The notes beneath the pieces are model-generated. The model was not told the origin of the DNA and searched no databases. It saw only the letters and a program-made list of their open reading frames with translations. The position numbers and the translations under genes were made by a program. Source: a virus (taxonomy: Duplodnaviria; Caudoviricetes). Taken from it: a stretch of 64,000 bases of DNA. Position 1 is the first letter of the stretch. Every line of letters starts with the position of its first letter. The DNA is taken from the IMG/VR virus record IMGVR_UViG_3300021400_000063, one strand, 5' to 3'. Below, one piece after another: positions 58,559 to 64,000 of this stretch.

Positions 58559-58833
58559 TATATTTAATAAATGTGTATATACAACAATTATGTATATACA
58601 CATTTATTAGTTACTGGATCTATACCAGTTTCTTTAATGAACTGATCCCTAGTCAACTGTTTGGTGTCAACTAAAGGGAATTTAGTTCCATGATATTCAA
58701 ATGGTACACTAAAGTAATAAGTGTATGATTGATTATCACTCATAGTTTTCACCTCCTTGGTAAAAGCTATATTTAGAGAGGGGTGTTCCAGCACCCCTCT
58801 CTATCTTTTATCCATAACTATAATATACAAAAA
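58559..58833 (-). repeat. ~270 bp duplicated cassette, copy 2
   Basis: Near-identical to 36385-36657. Confidence 0.95.
58588..58743 (-). CDS. 51-aa small protein, copy 2 (true start likely MSDNQ at 58743)
   Basis: aaggaggtg RBS before the ATG at 58743; 47 of 51 residues identical to copy 1. Confidence 0.8.
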   Translation of the reverse strand: MSDNQSYTYYFSVPFEYHGTKFPLVDTKQLTRDQFIKETGIDPVTNKCVYT

Positions 58834-58995
58834 AAGAAGGAGATATATCAACGACACATCTCCTTCAAAGAGGGGTAAGTTAAGAAGTAGGTGTAACCTT
58901 TCCAAATCCTTACCCTAAACAAAGCAACATCATTTCTCCTATATTAATAAACATGTGATGTTAGAAATGGAAATAAAAATTTCCTACTTCTATCA
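58830..58995 (-). ncRNA. Candidate ~160 nt pseudoknotted small RNA with its own promoter and terminator
   Basis: TATATTAT at 58998-59005; interleaved stems agaagtagg/cctacttct and gggtaag/cttaccc; terminator gaaggagat...atctccttc plus U-tract. Confidence 0.5.
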
Positions 58996-59055
58996 TTATA
59001 ATATATAATTATAAAAAAATATAAACTACTGGTTTTAAACCAGTAGTTTATTTAA

Positions 59056-61083
59056 TTAAATTGGAGTTAAAGTATATCTTAAATAATCTATTACATTACT
59101 TTCATATTCTTTACTAGAAGTTATACTCATTTGTTTTTCAGAATCATTCAGAACCTTTGTTACAGGTTCATCTTCAGTCGAATATAAATCAATTGTAGAA
59201 CTTTGAGTTGAAGTATAATCTTTAAAAAGAGCATGAATATATCTACTATCAAAATTATAAACTTTTGTTTTAATAGGTACATTTGTAACGATCTTTGTAT
59301 TAGGAGATTTTTCAACTGCAATTAAATCTAAAGGATTTATAGATAAAAATTGAGCTTCATCGTTAAGATTTAAAGTAAATGAATTTGTAGATCCATTAGT
59401 AGTAAACATAATATTACCGCTAACAGAACTATTTACATTAAATACAGTATCAGTATTTTCTTCTCTATAATTAACTAAAACACTTAAAAATTTAGAAGAT
59501 TTCTTATTGTTTATAGTTAATTCATTAGTACATATAACTGAACTTGAGAAAGTCGGATTGAATTTATCTAAAAGTATTTTAGTAACATTGTATTTACATT
59601 CGTTATCAAAAAATGGCATATCAACTTCTGAAGCATCGTTTATGAAATTTAAATTTCCGCCACTAAATTCTGCTTTATTAATATCTATTTTTGATACTGG
59701 ATAAGATTCATATGAACCAACATTCATATTTAAAAATCTATAATATCCACCACTTATAGTTACATAAGCACTAGAAAGATTCAAATCACCAGATATTGTA
59801 AAATCACAATCAGATAAATTTATTTTTGTAGTGTCTGTTAAATCAAAAGATGATCCCTTAACTACACAATTATTAAAACAAAGTTTTTCTAATTTAGCAT
59901 TAGTACGTTCAAACAATGTAACATTTTCATTAATCTTTGTATCAGAAAGATACACTTTATTAATTTCTACATTTTTCATTCTAAAAATAGTTAAATTTCT
60001 AGAATGTTTATTTATAATATTTGAACTGTAAAGGTTTATAGATCTTGTGGTTCCAGTGGTATCTTCCAAAAATTCAATGAGAGCATACTTAGAAGATATA
60101 GATGCTGAACTCTTAATCACGACATCGATTTCATGTAAATTGGTAACTGCGACTCTACCTACTTTAATCATAGGAGCTGTAGGATCAACTTCACTAATAT
60201 TTCGTTTAATACCCGATATAGTTAATTTATCCATTCTATCGAGTTTAAGAATTCCACCATATCTTACAGGATCATCAACTTCAATCTTATTAATAAAACA
60301 CTTACTAAAACCTTGAATAAGAATTCTTTCAAACTTAGCATTTTCATTTATTTTTTCTTTACCAAAAATTCGAATAAATGCTGCAGTGAATTTAGTATCA
60401 AGATAATTATTAGCATCTTTATTATAGTTAGAAAATGTTGTAAATATTGTACTATAAATAGCCATATTAACAACATCCATTTGATCTTTAACCAAAATGC
60501 TAAATGAACAACTTTTATCAGAATCCTTATTAAATGTGTCAATTGTACAATATGTAATATCTAATTTCTTTACAATTAGAGTAACGTTATCTTCTAACAA
60601 AAATGTACCAGAATTTATTTCAAGTGAGTCAATTTCACCATAATCAGTTGAATCTAATCTGATAGATCCACCATAATTACCTTTTTCAGAAGTATCGACT
60701 GATCCCATATCAATGTAAATTTTCTTACAATTTTTAACAGCAGCAGCAAATACTTTAGATTGAATTACAAATTTATGATTTCTTGAAGTGTTTATGATAT
60801 TAAAACTTTTGTATCCATTTCTAGCATTAATATAATTAGCTATATCATCATTCATTTTATTTATAGCTTTAAAATTATCATTAATGGTAAATGTTTTAGT
60901 TTGTACAGAATCGATATTATCAAGTAATGGTAAATAACCACTTTCAATTTCAGTTTTATCTGAATCTGTAATTACACTAGTAGAATGTAAAAGATATACA
61001 TAAATATCTTTATCAGTTGTAGATAACAATACATAACGTGTATTACAATCTAATTTTTTAAGTAAATGAAAATCATCAGCCAT
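59056..61083 (-). CDS. Hypothetical protein, beta-helix/solenoid-like
   Basis: 675 aa with regular short hydrophobic-strand/Asn-Ser turn pattern. Confidence 0.45.
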   Translation of the reverse strand: MADDFHLLKKLDCNTRYVLLSTTDKDIYVYLLHSTSVITDSDKTEIESGYLPLLDNIDSVQTKTFTINDNFKAINKMNDDIANYINARNGYKSFNIINTSRNHKFVIQSKVFAAAVKNCKKIYIDMGSVDTSEKGNYGGSIRLDSTDYGEIDSLEINSGTFLLEDNVTLIVKKLDITYCTIDTFNKDSDKSCSFSILVKDQMDVVNMAIYSTIFTTFSNYNKDANNYLDTKFTAAFIRIFGKEKINENAKFERILIQGFSKCFINKIEVDDPVRYGGILKLDRMDKLTISGIKRNISEVDPTAPMIKVGRVAVTNLHEIDVVIKSSASISSKYALIEFLEDTTGTTRSINLYSSNIINKHSRNLTIFRMKNVEINKVYLSDTKINENVTLFERTNAKLEKLCFNNCVVKGSSFDLTDTTKINLSDCDFTISGDLNLSSAYVTISGGYYRFLNMNVGSYESYPVSKIDINKAEFSGGNLNFINDASEVDMPFFDNECKYNVTKILLDKFNPTFSSSVICTNELTINNKKSSKFLSVLVNYREENTDTVFNVNSSVSGNIMFTTNGSTNSFTLNLNDEAQFLSINPLDLIAVEKSPNTKIVTNVPIKTKVYNFDSRYIHALFKDYTSTQSSTIDLYSTEDEPVTKVLNDSEKQMSITSSKEYESNVIDYLRYTLTPI

Positions 61084-61088
61084 AGTTA

Positions 61089-61598
61089 TTATTTTCCAGA
61101 TGCTTTAGTTGAATTGAATCTATCGATCATAGCAAAATCATTATCATTCATTCCTAATGCTTCAGGATCCAATTTATCTAATGCTTCTTTTCCACGATTA
61201 TCGCGAATTTCAGACATAGATGGTTTAGAAACATCTCCAACTTTTCTAGAAATTTCGTTAAGAAGATTTTGCATAAGGAACTGATTAGTACCAGCATCAG
61301 TTTCCTGAGATTTAGAATTTCTTTCACGAATCTCAAGATCCGCAATAGTTTTGATAACATTAGATTTTTCTTTAATGATATTTACTTGAGTTCCTCTTAT
61401 TTCGGAAAGAACCTTACCAGTTTCAGCGATAGATTTTGATGGTGATGTAGAACCTATCATACGTTCACCATTTAATCTGCTTAAATCTTTTTCAAGAGAT
61501 TTATGTACTTCATTATATAATTCGGTATTAAGTTTTGCTTGCTCATTTAATTCTGTAATAATAGGAGCAAATTGTTCTTCATAAGATTTTACAGCCAT
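61089..61598 (-). CDS. Hypothetical coiled-coil protein
   Basis: gaggt RBS; GACA-N6-TA at 61618-61629. Confidence 0.55.
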   Translation of the reverse strand: MAVKSYEEQFAPIITELNEQAKLNTELYNEVHKSLEKDLSRLNGERMIGSTSPSKSIAETGKVLSEIRGTQVNIIKEKSNVIKTIADLEIRERNSKSQETDAGTNQFLMQNLLNEISRKVGDVSKPSMSEIRDNRGKEALDKLDPEALGMNDNDFAMIDRFNSTKASGK

Positions 61599-61683
61599 AT
61601 ATTTACCTCGCTAATTATATGAATTTGTCAAACAGTTATATATAAAACGATATTTATATTCTATATGGAGTTAATAAATTATT

Positions 61684-61896
61684 ATGATTTCCCAAGAGTC
61701 AATAGATTGGTTAACTAATAATGTACACAATGATGGTACATTAAGTTCATCTATAAAGAAACCAAAATTTATTAAAATGTATGGAAAAACTAGATCAGAT
61801 ATGATATGGTATAAATCCATTGTAAATAATCAAGATGGTTCAGAAATTTTAGTACCAGCTAAACCTGAAGAAATTAAATTTTGGAAATTAAAATGA
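61684..61896 (+). CDS. Hypothetical protein
   Basis: ggag RBS; ends at a bidirectional terminator (61898-61923). Confidence 0.5.
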   Translation: MISQESIDWLTNNVHNDGTLSSSIKKPKFIKMYGKTRSDMIWYKSIVNNQDGSEILVPAKPEEIKFWKLK

Positions 61897-61927
61897 TAAA
61901 CTGGGAGAGAAATCTCCCAGTTTTATA

Positions 61928-63289
61928 TTATTCATTATTTACACCAACTTCATAATTTTCATCATATCCTTCAGTCTTATTAACTAATTTCATTACAGCA
62001 TGACAATAAGTAGAAAAGTTTTTACCTTTCTTATCAGTATTTTCATATATGAAATCTATATTAGCTATATTATAAAGACCCGAATATAATTTATGAGATT
62101 CCGGAGTATCGCAAGTTATTCTAACATTTTTATTTGGAGAAAAATGTGAAGCGTTAATTCCTGTCATTACAAATGAAATTGGTACTCCTAATGATTTTTC
62201 ATACATATATGATGACATGTTAAATCCATTATTTAGCATATCATAATCTGTAATAATTTTTGTTCCAACATCAACTCTAGACTGTCTAGGTTTTAATACT
62301 TCATGTAATGGTGAAACAAATTGTGTATTATCGTCTCCAGAAAAAGCACTATTTATAACAGATGCAAAATTAGAATAAACAAACTTATCACCATGTAATG
62401 CACCTTCTATAGATTCATAATCTTCTTTACCAACTTTAGTTCGTCTTTCATAGAAAATTATTTTTTCTTTTTTAGCTTCAGTTACATAATCTGGAGCATT
62501 TGGAGTTCCAACTTGTTCACACAATTTAACATTAATTTCAGTAATTTCATCTTTAGCACCACTATGACGATTCTCAAGTTTATTTAAAACATAAAGCATT
62601 CCATTGTCAAAAAATAATTCAAGAGATTTATCATAAATACCATAATTGTGTTGAATTCCTAATATAGCATTTTTGAGATCTGCTGGTTTAACTATAAGAT
62701 CACGATATGCAATAGTATTTGTTGGTTTATCAACTAAACAAGATTCTACATATGGATTTTGCTCAATAATAGACATTACAGCTGTCATAGGTGTAGCACC
62801 TTTATCAGCTGAACCAAAAATATAATTATGTAAAAAAGTTCGCATTTGAACATCTTTCTTGAGTAATAGGCTTAAATTCAATTCAACAGCGTTCATTTCA
62901 CCCATAGTTTCAGGTTCATATGTAGCTTTAGGTTTTTCTACAGATGAATTGACTTTTTTAGCAGAAGATGTTAATGAAGGAATTCTTTCTTTATCACAAT
63001 AACAAGCAAATTCATATTCGTTAACAATTTCATGATTAGTTAAACTTTCTTTATTTTCACCATAATAAACATATTGTTTAACAGTAGCATTTATCTCTTT
63101 ATCTAACATTCTAAAAACATCAAGATCTTTATCATATACTTTACAAACCATATTGTAAGTAGGCATAAAATTATCAAAATAATTAGAATGTTTTTCAAAT
63201 CTACATAAAGCATAAGGTCTAAATTGTATATTTCTAGAAGGAATATTAAATATTATATCCCAAAAATATTCGTAATAAAGTTTAGCCAT
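61928..63289 (-). CDS. Putative baseplate hub / tail-associated protein (gp27-like)
   Basis: YGIY...LFFDNGMLYV and C-terminal YSGLYNIANIDF resemble hub-protein patterns; late-type motif upstream. Confidence 0.4.
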   Translation of the reverse strand: MAKLYYEYFWDIIFNIPSRNIQFRPYALCRFEKHSNYFDNFMPTYNMVCKVYDKDLDVFRMLDKEINATVKQYVYYGENKESLTNHEIVNEYEFACYCDKERIPSLTSSAKKVNSSVEKPKATYEPETMGEMNAVELNLSLLLKKDVQMRTFLHNYIFGSADKGATPMTAVMSIIEQNPYVESCLVDKPTNTIAYRDLIVKPADLKNAILGIQHNYGIYDKSLELFFDNGMLYVLNKLENRHSGAKDEITEINVKLCEQVGTPNAPDYVTEAKKEKIIFYERRTKVGKEDYESIEGALHGDKFVYSNFASVINSAFSGDDNTQFVSPLHEVLKPRQSRVDVGTKIITDYDMLNNGFNMSSYMYEKSLGVPISFVMTGINASHFSPNKNVRITCDTPESHKLYSGLYNIANIDFIYENTDKKGKNFSTYCHAVMKLVNKTEGYDENYEVGVNNE

Positions 63290-63560
63290 AATTGTATTCC
63301 TATATTATAAAGTCCATAATAAAAAGAAAAAAAAAGTCCCTGGTCACGGACCAGGGACTAACACAGAATTGTATTCGAATTATCTGAGGTTGAATAATTC
63401 GATGTTGGCATCAAAATAATTTATCTTACGAATGTGCTGAAAGATAAACATTTCAAAAGCCGTAAGGAGGTCTTCAAGACATTAATGTTTATGTCGAGAA
63501 CAAGTAAAAGCAAAAAAAGTTGAGTTTTAATGTAGAAGAGGAATTAAACTTCAACTTTAT

Positions 63561-63629
63561 TTGGTGTGATAGGATTTGCACCTACAATCACGGAAATTGT
63601 AATTTCCATTACCTAAGATTTACACACCA
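63561..63629 (-). pseudogene. Degenerate tRNA-like element
   Basis: UGGUGUG/CACACCA acceptor stem and GUAGG-UGCAAAU-CCUAU T arm, but unpaired D arm and 6-nt anticodon loop. Confidence 0.5.
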
Positions 63630-63662
63630 CACACATACATATGGAATATATTATATTATCTA

Positions 63663-63995
63663 CTAATATATACCATTTGATAAGTCTGACAATTCGGTAG
63701 GACTGAATTCACAATAACCACCGATATCTTCACCAAGTCCTTCAATAGAACAATCTGGTGAATCGATTCCGAATTCATAAGGATCGAATGCGATAGCTAA
63801 TGTATCTCCAGCCAACTGATAGTAATCAGATGGGAATTGTTCAATTCCAGAGAAATCTCCAGAAAGATCAAGATTCATAACAGAACTTCTATTCAATGCG
63901 TTAGCATCGATTACAATAAGTTCAGCATTTTCAATTTCGTCACGATAAGCCGCATATCTAGAATAATACGGATCGCCACGTCCAAATTCATCCAT
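63663..63995 (-). CDS. Hypothetical acidic protein (possibly 5'-truncated by the window edge)
   Basis: 110 aa ORF near the window end. Confidence 0.45.
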   Translation of the reverse strand: MDEFGRGDPYYSRYAAYRDEIENAELIVIDANALNRSSVMNLDLSGDFSGIEQFPSDYYQLAGDTLAIAFDPYEFGIDSPDCSIEGLGEDIGGYCEFSPTELSDLSNGIY

Positions 63996-64000
63996 TGGTC

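Noticed and set aside
58588-58794. 68-aa version of the small ORF
   Set aside because: The RBS and copy 1 indicate a start at 58743; the extension runs through the 5' hairpin.
3591-61360. Numerous 60-150 aa ORFs antisense or out of frame within long genes
   Set aside because: I/F/S-rich shadow frames expected in AT-rich coding DNA; no RBS.
1-64000. CRISPR array, reverse transcriptase/DGR cassette, transposase, alternative genetic code
   Set aside because: No regularly spaced repeats and no RT or transposase motifs were seen; multi-kb ORFs read through in the standard code.

Overview
This is a very AT-rich window from a jumbo phage of the phiKZ/AR9(PBS1)-type lineage. It carries a phage-encoded multisubunit RNA polymerase beta subunit (36693-41756) and two families of phage promoter motifs: (A/G)ACA-N6-TA upstream of structural genes and TATATTAT upstream of small accessory genes. 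Other genes include a T4-like primase, baseplate/tail genes, three giant virion-type proteins (1549-2962 aa), three GT2 glycosyltransferases and a probable holin plus C39-peptidase lysis pair. The anaerobic ribonucleotide reductase gene nrdD (53931-58442) is split by three group I introns, one carrying an HNH homing endonuclease. It also holds an Ala-1 mini-intein inserted directly before the catalytic Cys. The most unusual content is non-coding: (i) two tRNA-shaped RNAs whose anticodon loop is replaced by an extended GAAA-tetraloop hairpin; (ii) an ORF-free, heavily base-paired ~790-nt segment sitting exactly between one of these RNAs and tRNA-Gln; (iii) further small structured RNAs; and (iv) a duplicated self-contained 51-aa small-gene cassette. 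Protein family calls rest on motif recognition by eye; no searches were run.
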